Below, piece after piece: positions 1 to 13,112 of a stretch of 64,000 nucleotides of DNA. Both the position numbers and the translations under genes were made by a program. The DNA comes from the human T2T-CHM13v2.0 reference genome, Homo sapiens. The stretch lies in the NCBI RefSeq assembly GCF_009914755.1, contig NC_060948.1; one strand, given 5' to 3'. The first letter of the stretch is position 1. The number at the start of each line of letters is the position of its first letter. The notes beneath the pieces are model-generated. The model searched no databases, was not told where the DNA came from, and saw only the letters and a program-made list of their open reading frames with translations.

Positions 1-2510
1 TGGAATGGAATCGAATGAAATGGAGTCAAAAGGAATGGAATCGAATGGCAAGAAATCGAATGTAATGGAATCGCAAGGAATTGATGTGAACGGAACGGAA
101 TGGAATGGAATCCAAAGGAATGGAATAGAATGGAATGGAATCGAATGGAAAGGACTCGAATGGAAATCACTCGAATAGAATGCAATTTAATAAAATAGGA
201 TGAAATGTAATGGAATGGAATGGAAAGGAATCGAAACGAAAGGAATGGAGACAGATGGAATGGAATGGAACAGAGAGCAATGGTATAGAATGGAATGCAA
301 TCATCTGGAATGGAATGGAATGGAATGGAATGGAATGGAATGCCCTTGAATTAAATGGACTGGAATGGAATGGACTCGAACAGAGTGGAATGGAAAGTGT
401 TGAGATAGAATGGAATGGACTCCTTTGGAATGGTCTAGTATGCAATGCAATGGACTGGCAGGGAATCAAAAGGAATGTAATCGAATGGATTGGACTGGAA
501 TGCAATGGACTCGAATAGATTGGAAACGGAATGCAAAGGAATGGAATGGAATAGTATGGAATGGAATGGAAAGGAATGGAGTGGAATAGACTAGAGTGGA
601 ATGGAATGGACTCGAAAGCAATGGACTGGAATGGAACTTTCTTGAATGGACTGGAATCAAACGGAATGGAATGCAATGCAATCAAATGGCATGGAATAAA
701 ATAGAATGAAAGAGAATCAAATGGAATTGAATCGAATGGAATCGAATGGATTGGAAAGGAATAGAGTGGAATGGAATGGAATTGACTCAAATGGAATGGA
801 CTAGAATGGAATGGATTCGAATGGAAGGCAAAGGAATGGAATCTATTGGAATGGACAGCAATGGAATGGAAAGGAAGGGATTGGAATGGACTCGAATGGA
901 ATGGACTGCAATAGAAAGGATTCGAATGGAATGAAAAAGAATTGAATGGAATAGAACAGAATGGAATCAAATCGAATGAAATGGAATGGAATAGAAAGGA
1001 ATGGAATGAAATGGAATGGAAAGGATTCGAATGGAATGCAATCGAATGGAATGGAATCGAACGGAATGGAATAAAATGGAAGCAAACTGGCAAGAAATGG
1101 AATCGAAATGAATGGAGTGTTATGGAACGGACTCAAAAGGAATTGAATGTAATAGAATGGAGTGGAGTGGACTCGAATATAATGGACTGGAATGGAATGA
1201 AATCACATGGAATGGGAACGAATGGAATGGAATGGAAAGGAATGGAATCGAATGGAAAGGAATCGAATGGAAGGGAATGAAATTGAATCAACAGGAATGG
1301 AAGGGAATAGAATAGACGGTAATGGAATGGACTCGAATAGAATGGACACGAATGCTCAAATTGAATGGACTCGAATGGAATGGAAACGAAAGGAATGTCA
1401 TCGAATGGAATTGAATCGATTGGAATGAAATCGCATAGAATGGAGTGGAATCAAATGGAATTGAATCGAAAGGAAAGGAAGCGAATGGACTGAAATGAAA
1501 TGGAATGGAATTGAATGGAAAGTAAAGCAATGGAATAGAATGGAACGAAATTTCACGGAATGGAATCAAACTGAATGGAATCAAATCAATGGAATATAAT
1601 CAAATGGAATGGAAAGGAATTGAATGGAGTAGATGGGATTGGATGGGATTGGAATGAAATGTACTGGAAAGGACTCGAATTTCATGAAACGGCATGGAAT
1701 GAATTGGAACGGAATGGAATCGAATGGAATGGAATGTCATGGAATGGCATCAAATGGAATGGCATCAAATGGAATGGAATCGAATGCAATGGAATGCAAT
1801 GGAATGGAATGGAATGCATTGGAATAGAATGTCCTCTAATGGAATGGATTCGAGGGGAATGGAATCGAATATAATGGAGTCGAATGAAATGGAATTGAAA
1901 GGAATGGGATCGAATACAATGGAATATACTGGAATGTAATGTAATGAACTCGAATGTAATTGACTGGAATGGAATGTACATGAATGGAATGTAATCGAAT
2001 GGAAAGTAATCCAATGGAATAGAATCTAATGCAAGAAAATCGACTCAGATAGAGTAGAATGTAATGGAATGGAGTGCAGTGCAATGGAATGGAATGGAAT
2101 GCAATGGAATGGAATGGAATGGAATGGAATGGAATGGAATGGAATGGGATGGAATGGTATGGAATGGATAGTAATGGACTGGAGTGAAATGGACTGGAAA
2201 GGAATGGACTCAAATTGAAAGGGCTCGAAAGGAATGGAGTCAAATGGAATGGTCTGGAATGGAATGAACACGAATGTAATGCAATCCAATAGAATGGAAT
2301 CGAATGGCATGGAATATAAAGAAATGGAATCGAAGAGAATGGAAACAAACGGAATGGAATTGAATGGAATGGAATTGAATGGAATGGGAACGAATGGAGT
2401 GAAATTGTATGCAGTAGAAGAGAATAGAATGGAATGCAAGCGAAAGGAAAGGAATGGATTGGAATGGAATGGAATTCATTGGAATGGAAGGGAATGTAGT
2501 GTAATGGACA
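1..2510 (+). repeat. Partial DYZ1 unit (3' part, up to the first HaeIII site)
   Basis: Same landmark order as the later units; EcoRI GAATTC at 2472, GGCC at 2511. Confidence 0.9.
633..647. promoter_or_regulatory. Perfect 3-unit heat-shock element motif A (gGAAc tTTCt tGAAt); one copy per unit
   Basis: Matches the HSF1 consensus nGAAnnTTCnnGAAn; motif match only, binding not shown. Confidence 0.55.
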
Positions 2511-5500
2511 GGCCTGGAATAAAGTGGAATGCTACGGTCTCGAATGGAATAAAAATGTATGGAATGGAATGCAATGAAACGGAATCGAATGTCATAGAAT
2601 GTAATGGAATGCAAAAAAATGGACTCCAAAATCATTGACTGGAAAGGCTGGGTGTCGAAAGGAATTGACTCCAATGGAATGGAATCGAATGGAATGGAAG
2701 TGAATAGAATCGAACTAAATCGAATGGAATGGAATTGATAGGAACGGAATGGAAAGGAATGCAATGATTTGGCATGGAATGGAATCGAATGGCATCGAAT
2801 GGAATGGAATGGAATGCAATGGAATGGAATGTATTAGAATGTAATGAACTTTAATGGAATGTACTCGAATGGATTCGACTGGAATGGAATGTTCTGGAAG
2901 TGAATGGACTCCAATGGAATGGATTCAAAAGGAATGGAATCGTACGGAATGGAATCTAATGGAATGGAATTAAATGGAAATGAATGAAATTGAATAGCAC
3001 GGAATTGAATTGAATGGAATCGAATGCAATGGAATCTAATGAAACGGAAAGGAAAGGAATGGAATGGAATGGAATGGGCTGGAATGGAAAGGAATCGAAA
3101 CGAATGGAATGGAATCGAACTGAAGAGACTGGAATGGAATGCACTGGAATGGAAGGGAGTGTAATGGAGGGTTCTCGAAAAAAATGGAATCGAATGGAAT
3201 GGAATTGAATGGAACGGAATAGAGTCGAATGGAATTGAATGGAATGGAATGGACTAGAGTGAAATGGAATCGAACCACAAGGAATGGACAGGAATAGAAT
3301 GGTCTCGAATTGAATGGAATCGTATGGAATGGCATCAAACGGAATGGAATGCACTCGAATGCAATGGAGTCGAAACTAATGGACTGGAATAGAATGGACT
3401 CGACTGGTACGGACTCCAATGGAATGGATTCGAATGGAAGGGAATCGAACGGAATGGACTCGAAGGGAAAAGACTGCAATGGAAAGGTCTCGAATGGAAT
3501 GGAAATTAATGGAATGGAATGGAATCGAATGAAATGGAGTCAAAAGGAATGGAATCGAATGGCAAGAAATCGAATGTAATGGAATCGCAAGGAATTGATG
3601 TGAACGGAACGGAATGGAATGGAATCCAAAGGAATGGAATAGAATGGAATGGAATCGAATGGAAAGGACTCGAATGGAAATCACTCGAATAGAATGCAAT
3701 TTAATAAAATAAGATCAAATGTAATGTAATGGAATGGAAAGGAATCGAAACGAAAGGAATGGAGACAGATGGAATGGAATGGAACAGAGAGCAATGGTAT
3801 AGAATGGAATGGAATCATCTGGAATGGAATTGAATGGAATGGAATAATATGAAATGGAATGGAATGGAATGGAATGCCCTTGAATTAAATGGACTGGAAT
3901 GGAATGGACTCGAACAGAGTGGAATGGAAAGTGTTGAGATAGAATGGAATGGACTCCTTTGGAATGGTCTAGTATGCAATGCAATGGACTGGCAGGGAAT
4001 CAAAAGGAATGTAATCGAATGGATTGGACTGGAATGCAATGGACTCGAATAGATTGGAAACGGAATGCAAAGGAATGGAATGGAATAGTATGGAATGGAA
4101 TGGAAAGGAATGGAGTGGAATAGACTAGAGTGGAATGGAATGGACTCGAAAGCAATGGACTGGAATGGAACTTTCTTGAATGGACTGGAATCAAACGGAA
4201 TGGAATGCAATGCAATCAAATGGCATGGAATAAAACAGAATGAAAGAGAATCAAATGGAATTGAATCGAATGGAATCGAATGGATTGGAAAGGAATAGAG
4301 TGGAATGGAATGGAATTGACTCAAATGGAATGGACTAGAATGGAATGGATTCGAATGGAAGGCAAAGGAATGGAATCTATTGGAATGGACAGCAATGGAA
4401 TGGAAAGGAAGGGATTGGAATGGACTCGAATGGAATGGACTGCAATAGAAAGGATTCGAATGGAATGAAAAAGAATTGAATGGAATAGAACAGAATGGAA
4501 TCAAATCGAATGAAATGGAATGGAATAGAAAGGAATGGAATGAAATGGAATGGAAAGGATTCGAATGGAATGCAATCGAATGGAATGGAATCGAACGGAA
4601 TGGAATAAAATGGAAGCAAACTGGCAAGAAATGGAATCGAAATGAATGGAGTGTTATGGAACGGACTCAAAAGGAATTGAATGTAATAGAATGGAGTGGA
4701 GTGGACTCGAATATAATGGACTGGAATGGAATGAAATCACATGGAATGGGAACGAATGGAATGGAATGGAAAGGAATGGAATCGAATGGAAAGGAATCGA
4801 ATGGAAGGGAATGAAATTGAATCAACAGGAATGGAAGGGAATAGAATAGACGGTAATGGAATGGACTCGAATAGAATGGACACGAATGCTCAAATTGAAT
4901 GGACTCGAATGGAATGGAAACGAAAGGAATGTCATCGAATGGAATTGAATCGATTGGAATGAAATCGCATAGAATGGAGTGGAATCAAATGGAATTGAAT
5001 CGAAAGGAAAAGAAGCGAATGGACTGAAATGAAATGGAATGGAATTGAATGGAAAGTAAAGCAATGGAATAGAATGGAACGAAATTTCACGGAATGGAAT
5101 CAAACTGAATGGAATCAAATCAATGGAATATAATCAAATGGAATGGAAAGGAATTGAATGGAGTAGATGGGATTGGATGGGATTGGAATGAAATGTACTG
5201 GAAAGGACTCGAATTTCATGAAACGGAATGGAATGAATTGGAACGGAATGGACTCGAATGGAATGGAATGTCATGGAATGGCATCAAATGGAATGGCATC
5301 AAATGGAATGGAATCGAATGCAATGGAATGCTATGGAATGGAATGGAATGCATTGGAATGGAATGTCCTCTAATGGAATGGATTCGAGTGGAATGGAATC
5401 GAATATAATGGAGTCGAATGAAATGGAATTGAAAGGAATGGGATGGAATACAATGGAATATAGTGGAATGTAATGTAATGAACTCGAATGTAATTGACTG

Positions 5501-6044
5501 GAATGGAATGTACATGAATGGAATGTAATCGAATGGAAAGTAATCCAATGGAATAGAATCTAATGCAATAAAATCGACTCAGATAGAGTAGAATGTAATG
5601 GAATGGAGTGCAGTGCAATGGAATGGAATGGAATGGAATGCAATGGAATGGAATGGAATGGAATGGAATGGAATGGAATGGGATGGAATGGTATGGAATG
5701 GATAGTAATGGACTAGAGTGAAATGGACTGGAAAGGAATGGACTCAAATTGAAAGGGCTCGAAAGGAATGGAGTCAAATGGAATGGTCTGGAATGGAATG
5801 AACACGAATGTAATGCAATCCAATAGAATGGAATCGAATGGCATGGAATATAAAGAAATGGAATCGAAGAGAATGGAAACAAACGGAATGGAATTGAATG
5901 GAATGGAATTGAATGGAATGGGAACGAATGGAGTGAAATTGTATGCAGTAGAAGAGAATAGAGTGGAATGCAAGCGAAAGGAAAGGAATGGATTGGAATG
6001 GAATGGAATTCATTGGAATGGAAGGGAATGTAGTGTAATGGACA
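2511..6044 (+). repeat. DYZ1 unit U1 (3534 bp)
   Basis: GGCC at 2511 and 6045; lacks the GGACAGCCAC landmark (20-bp deletion near 3345). Confidence 0.9.
2886..2900. promoter_or_regulatory. Perfect 3-unit heat-shock element motif B (gGAAt gTTCt gGAAg); one copy per unit
   Basis: Matches nGAAnnTTCnnGAAn; motif match only. Confidence 0.55.
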
Positions 6045-9000
6045 GGCCTGCAATAAAGTGGAATGCTACGGTCTCGAATGGAATAAAAATGTATGGAATG
6101 GAATGCAATGAAACGGAATCGAATGTCATAGAATGTAATGGAATGCAAAAAAATGGACTCCAAAATCATTGACTGGAAAGGCTGGGTGTCGAAAGGAATT
6201 GACTCCAATGGAATGGAATCGAATGGAATGGAAGTGAATAGAATCGAACTAAATCGAATGGAATGGAATTGATAGGAACGGAATGGAAAGGAATGAAATG
6301 ATTTGGTATGGAATGGAATCGAATGGCATCGAATGGAATGGAATGGAATGCAAGGCAATGTAATGTATTAGAATGTAATGAACTTTAATGGAATGTACTC
6401 GAATGGATTCGACTGGAATGGAATGTTCTGGAAGTGAATGGACTCCAATGGAATGGATTGAAAAGGAATGGAATCGTACGGAATGGAATCTAATGGAATG
6501 GAATTAAATGGAAATGAATCAAATTGAATAGCACGGAATTGAATTGAATGGAATCGAATGCAATGGAATCTAATGAAACGGAAAGGAAAGGAATGGAATG
6601 GAATGGAATGGGCTGGAATGGAAAGGAATCGAAACGAATGGAATGGAATCGAACTGAAGAGACTGGAATGGAATGCACTGGAATGGAAGGGAGTGTAATG
6701 GAAGGTTCTCGAAAAAAATGGAATCGAATGGAATGGAATTGAATGGAACGGAATAGAGTCGAATGGAATTGAATGGAATGGAATGGACTAGAGTGAAATG
6801 GAATCGAACCACAAGGAATGGACAGGAATAGAATGGTTTCGAATTGAACGGAATCGTATGGAATGGCATCAAACGGAATGGAATGGACAGCCACGGAATG
6901 GAATGCACTCGAATGCAATGGAGTCGAAACTAATGGACTGGAATAGAATGGACTCGACTGGTACGGACTCCAATGGAATGGAATCGAATGGAAGGGAATC
7001 GAACGGAATGGACTCGAAGGGAAAAGACTGCAATGGAAAGGTCTCGAATGGAATGGAAATTAATGGAATGGAATGGAATCGAATGAAATGGAGTCAAAAG
7101 GAATGGAATCGAATGGCAAGAAATCGAATGTAATGGAATCGCAAGGAATTGATGTGAACGGAACGGAATGGAATGGAATCCAAAGGAATGGAATAGAATG
7201 GAATGGAATCGAATGGAAAGGACTCGAATGGAAATCACTCGAATAGAATGCAATTTAATAAAATAGGATGAAATGTAATGGAATGGAATGGAAAGGAATC
7301 GAAACGAAAGGAATGGAGACAGATGGAATGGAATGGAACAGAGAGCAATGGTATAGAATGGAATGGAATCATCTGCAATGGAATTGAATGGAATGGAATA
7401 ACATGAAATGGAATGGAATGGAAAGAAATGCCCTTGAATTAAATGGACTGGAATGGAATGGACTCGAACAGAGTGGAATGGAAAGTGTTGAGATAGAATG
7501 GAATGGACTCCTTTGGAATGGTCTAGTATGCAATGCAATCGACTGGCAGGGAATCAAAAGGAATGTAATCGAATGGATTGGACTGCAATGCAATGGACTC
7601 GAATAGATTGGAAACGGAATGCAAAGGAATGGAATGGAATAGTATGGAATGGAATGGAAAGGAATGGAGTGGAATAGACTAGAGTGGAATGGAATGGACT
7701 CGAAAGCAATGGACTGGAATGGAACTTTCTTGAATGGACTGGAATCAAACGGAATGGAATGCAATGCAATCAAATGGCATGGAATAAAATAGAATTAAAG
7801 AGAATCAAATGGAATTGAATCGAATGGAATCGAATGGATTGGAAAGGAATAGAATGGAATGGAATGGAATTGACTCAAATGGAATGGATTCGAATGGAAG
7901 GCAAAGGAATGGAATCTATTGGAATGGACTGCAATGGAATGGAAAGGAAGGGATTGGAATGGACTCGAATGGAATGGACTGCAATAGAAAGGATTCGAAT
8001 GGAATGAAAAAGAATTGAATGGAATAGAACAGAATGGAATCAAATCGAATGAAATGGAATGGAATAGAAAGGAATGGAATGAAATGGAATGGAAAGGATT
8101 CGAATGGAATGCAATCGAATGGAATGGAATCGAACGGAATGGAATAAAATGGAAGCAAACTGGCAAGAAATGGAATCGAAATGAATGGAGTGTTATGGAA
8201 CGGACTCAAAAGGAATTGAATGTAATAGAATGGAGTGGAGTGGACTCGAATATAATGGACTGGAATGGAATGAAATCACATGGAATGGGAACGAATGGAA
8301 TGGAATGGAAAGGAATGGAATCGAATGGAAAGGAATCGAATGGAAGGGAATGAAATTGAATCAACAGGAATGGAAGGGAATAGAATAGACGGTAATGGAA
8401 TGGACTCGAATGGACACGAATGCTCAAATTGAATGGACTCGAATGGAATGGAAACGAAAGGAATGTCATCGAATGGAATTGAATCGATTGGAATGAAATC
8501 GCATAGAATGGAGTGGAATCAAATGGAATTGAATCGAAAGGAAAGGAAGCGAATGGACTGAAATGAAATGGAATGGAATTGAATGGAAAGTAAAGCAATG
8601 GAATAGAATGGAACGAAATTTCACGGAATGGAATCAAACTGAATGGAATCAAATCAATGGAATATAATCAAATGGAATGGAAAGGAATTGAATGGAGTAG
8701 ATGGGATTGGATGGGATTGGAATGAAATGTACTGGAAAGGACTCGAATTTCATGAAACGGAATGGAATGAATTGGAACGGAATGGACTCGAATGGAATGG
8801 AATGTCATGGAATGGCATCAAATGGAATGGCATCAAATGGCATGGAATCGAATGCAATGGAATGCTATGGAATGGAATGGAATGCATTGGAATGGAATGT
8901 TCTCTAATGGAATGGATTCGAGTGGAATGGAATCGAATATAATGGAGTCGAATGAAATGGAATTGAAAGGAATGGGATCGAATACAATGGAATATAGTGG

Positions 9001-9573
9001 AATGTAATGTAATGAACTCGAATGTAATTGACTGGAATGGAATGTACATGAATGGAATGTAATTGAATGGAAAGTAATCCAATGGAATAGAATCTAATGC
9101 AATAAAATCGACTCAGATAGAGTAGAATGTAATGGAATGGAGTGCAGTGCAATGGAATGGAATGGAATGGAATGCAATGGAATGGAATGGAATGGAATGG
9201 AATGGAATGGGATGGAATGGTATGGAATGGATAGTAATGGACTGGAGTGAAATGGACTGGAAAGGAATGGACTCAAATTGAAAGGGCTCGAAAGGAATGG
9301 AGTCAAATGGAATGGTCTGGAATGGAATGAACACGAATGTAATGCAATCCAATAGAATGGAATCGAATGGCATGGAATATAAAGAAATGGAATCGAAGAG
9401 AATGGAAACAAACGGAATGGAATTGAATGGAATGGAATTGAATGGAATGGGAACGAATGGAGTGAAATTGTATGCAGTAGAAGAAAATAGAATGGAATGC
9501 AAGCGAAAGGAAAAGAATGTATTGGAATGGAATGGAATTCATTGGAATGGAAGGGAATGTAGTGTAATGGACA
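6045..9573 (+). repeat. DYZ1 unit U2 (3529 bp)
   Basis: GGCC at 6045 and 9574; 15-bp deletion near 7885 and 5-bp deletion near 8410. Confidence 0.9.
6700..6714. promoter_or_regulatory. Perfect 3-unit heat-shock element motif C (gGAAg gTTCt cGAAa); one copy per unit except U1
   Basis: Matches nGAAnnTTCnnGAAn; the U1 copy at 3166-3180 reads GGAGG in the first pentamer. Confidence 0.55.
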
Positions 9574-12500
9574 GGCCTGGAATAAAGTGGAATGCTACGG
9601 TCTCGAATGGAATAAAAATGTATGGAATGGAATGCAATGAAACGGAATCGAATGTCATAGAATGTAATGGAATGCAAAAAAATGGAATCCAAAATCATTG
9701 ACTGGAAAGTCTGGATGTCGAAAGGAATTGACTCCAATGGAATGGAATCGAATGGAATGGAAGTGAATAGAATCGAACTAAATCGAATGGAATGGAATTG
9801 ATAGGAACGGAATGGAAAGGAATGAAATGATTTGGCATGGAATGGAATCGAATGGCATCGAATGGAATGGAATGGAATGCAATACAATGGAATGTATTAG
9901 AATGTAATGAACTTTAATGGAATGTACTCGAATGGATTCGACTGGAATGGAATGTTCTGGAAGTGAATGGACTCCAATGGAATGGATTGAAAAGGAATGG
10001 AATCGTACGGAATGGAATCTAATGGAATGGAATTAAATGGAAATGAATCAAATTGAATAGCACGGAATTGAATTGAATGGAATCGAATGCAATGGAATCT
10101 AATGAAACGGAAAGGAAAGGAATGGAATGGAATGGAATGGGCTGGAATGGAAAGGAATCGAAACGAATGGAATGGAAACGAACTGAAGAGACTGGAATGG
10201 AATGCACTGGAATGGAAGGGAGTGTAATGGAAGGTTCTCGAAAAAAGTGGAATCGAATGGAATGGAATTGAATGGAAGGGAATAGGGTCGAATGGAATTG
10301 AATGGAATGGAATGGACTAGAGTGAAATGGAATCGAACCACAAGGAATGGACAGGAATAGAATGGTCTCGAATTGAATGGAATCGTATGGAATGGCATCA
10401 AACGGAATGGAATGGAATGCACTCGAATGCAATGGAGTCGAAACTAATGGACTGGAATAGAATGGACTCGACTGGTACGGACTCCAATGGAATGGAATCG
10501 AATGGAAGGGAATCGAACGGAATGGACTCGAAGGGAAAAGACTGCAATGGAAAGGTCTCGAATGGAATGGAAATTAATGGAATGGAATGGAATCGAATGA
10601 AATGGAGTCAAAAGGAATGGAATCGAATGGCAAGAAATCGAATGTAATGGAATCGCAAGGAATTGATGTGAACGGAACTGAATGGAATGGAATCCAAAGG
10701 AATGGAATAGAATGGAATGGAATCGAATGGAAAGGACTCGAATGGAAATCACTCGAATAGAATGCAATTTAATAAAATAGGATGAAATGTAATGGAATGG
10801 AATGGAAAGGAATCGAAATGAAAGGAATGGAGACAGATGGAATGGAATGGAACAGAGAGCAATGGTATAGAATGGAATGGAATCATCTGGAATGGTATTG
10901 AATGGAATGGAATAACATGAAATGGAATGGAATGGAATGGAATGCCCTTTAATTAAATGGACTGGAATGGAATGGACTCGAACAGAGTGGAATGGAAAGT
11001 GTTGAGATAGAATGGAATGGACTCCTTTGGAATGGTCTAGTATGCAATGCAATCGACTGGCAGGGAATCAAAAGGAATGTAATGGAATGGATTGGACTGG
11101 AATGCAATGGACTCGAATAGATTGGAAACGGAATGCAAAGGAATGGAATGGAATAGTATGGAATGGAATGGAAAGGAATGGAGTGGAATAGACTAGAGTG
11201 GAATGGAATGGACTCGAAAGCAATGGACTGGAATGGAACTTTCTTGAATGGACTGGAATCAAACGGAATGGAATGCAATGCAATCAAATGGCATGGAATA
11301 AAACAGAATGAAAGAGAATCAAATGGAATTGAATCGAATGGAATCGAATGGATTGGAAAGGAATAGAGTGGAATGGAATGGAATTGACTCAAATGGAATG
11401 GACTAGAATGGAATGGATTCGAATGGAAGGCAAAGGAATGGAATCTATTGGAATGGACAGCAATGGAATGGAAAGGAAGGGATTGGAATGGACTCGAATG
11501 GAATGGACTGCAATAGAAAGGATTCGAATGGAATGAAAAAGAATTGAATGGAATAGAACAGAATGGAATCAAATCGAATGAAATGGAATGGAATAGAAAG
11601 GAATGGAATGAAATGGAATGGAAAGGATTCGAATGGAATGCAATCGAATGGAATGGAATCGAACGGAATGGAATAAAATGGAAGCAAACTGGCAAGAAAT
11701 GGAATCGAAATGAATGGAGTGTTATGGAACGGACTCAAAAGGAATTGAATGTAATAGAATGGAGTGGAGTGGACTCGAATATAATGGACTGGAATGGAAT
11801 GAAATCACATGGAATGGGAACGAATGGAATGGAATGGAAAGGAATGGAATCGAATGGAAAGGAATCGAATGGAAGGGAATGAAATTGAATCAACAGGAAT
11901 GGAAGGGAATAGAATAGACGGTAATGGAATGGACTCGAATAGAATGGACACGAATGCTCAAATTGAATGGACTCGAATGGAATGGAAACGAAAGGAATGT
12001 CATCGAATGGAATTGAATCGATTGGAATGAAATCGCATAGAATGGAGTGGAATCAAATGGAATTGAATCGAAAGGAAAAGAAGCGAATGGACTGAAATGA
12101 AATGGAATGGAATTGAATGGAAAGTAAAGCAATGGAATAGAATGGAACGAAATTTCACGGAATGGAATCAAACTGAATGGAATCAAATCAATGGAATATA
12201 ATCAAATGGAATGGAAAGGAATTGAATGGAGTAGATGGGATTGGATGGGATTGGAATGAAATGTACTGGAAAGGACTCGAATTTCATGAAACGGAATGGA
12301 ATGAATTGGAACGGAATGGACTCGAATGGAATGGAATGTCATGGAATGGCATCAAATGGAATGGCATCAAATGGAATGGAATCGAATGCAATGGAATGCT
12401 ATGGAATGGAATGGAATGCATTGGAATGGAATGTCCTCTAATGGAATGGATTCGAGTGGAATGGAATCGAATATAATGGAGTCGAATGAAATGGAATTGA

Positions 12501-13112
12501 AAGGAATGGGATGGAATACAATGGAATATAGTGGAATGTAATGTAATGAACTCGAATGTAATTGACTGGAATGGAATGTACATGAATGGAATGTAATCGA
12601 ATGGAAAGTAATCCAATGGAATAGAATCTAATGCAATAAAATCGACTCAGATAGAGTAGAATGTAATGGAATGGAGTGCAGTGCAATGGAATGGAATGGA
12701 ATGGAATGCAATGGAATGGAATGGAATGGAATGGAATGGAATGGAATGGGATGGAATGGTATGGAATGGATAGTAATGGACTAGAGTGAAATGGACTGGA
12801 AAGGAATGGACTCAAATTGAAAGGGCTCGAAAGGAATGGAGTCAAATGGAATGGTCTGGAATGGAATGAACACGAATGTAATGCAATCCAATAGAATGGA
12901 ATCGAATGGCATGGAATATAAAGAAATGGAATCGAAGAGAATGGAAACAAACGGAATGGAATTGAATGGAATGGAATTGAATGGAATGGGAACGAATGGA
13001 GTGAAATTGTATGCAGTAGAAGAGAATAGAGTGGAATGCAAGCGAAAGGAAAGGAATGGATTGGAATGGAATGGAATTCATTGGAATGGAAGGGAATGTA
13101 GTGTAATGGACA
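9574..13112 (+). repeat. DYZ1 unit U3 (3539 bp)
   Basis: GGCC at 9574 and 13113; 15-bp GGACAGCCAC deletion near 10410. Confidence 0.9.

Noticed and set aside
1546-1692. Additional HSE-like motifs (cGAAatTTCacgg and TTCatGAAac)
   Set aside because: Only two correctly spaced units each, below the three-unit element needed for stable HSF1 trimer binding.
186-2556. Several AATAAA hexamers per unit as polyadenylation signals
   Set aside because: They arise easily from GGAAT followed by AAAAT-type pentamer variants; there is no transcript evidence in the sequence to call them functional.
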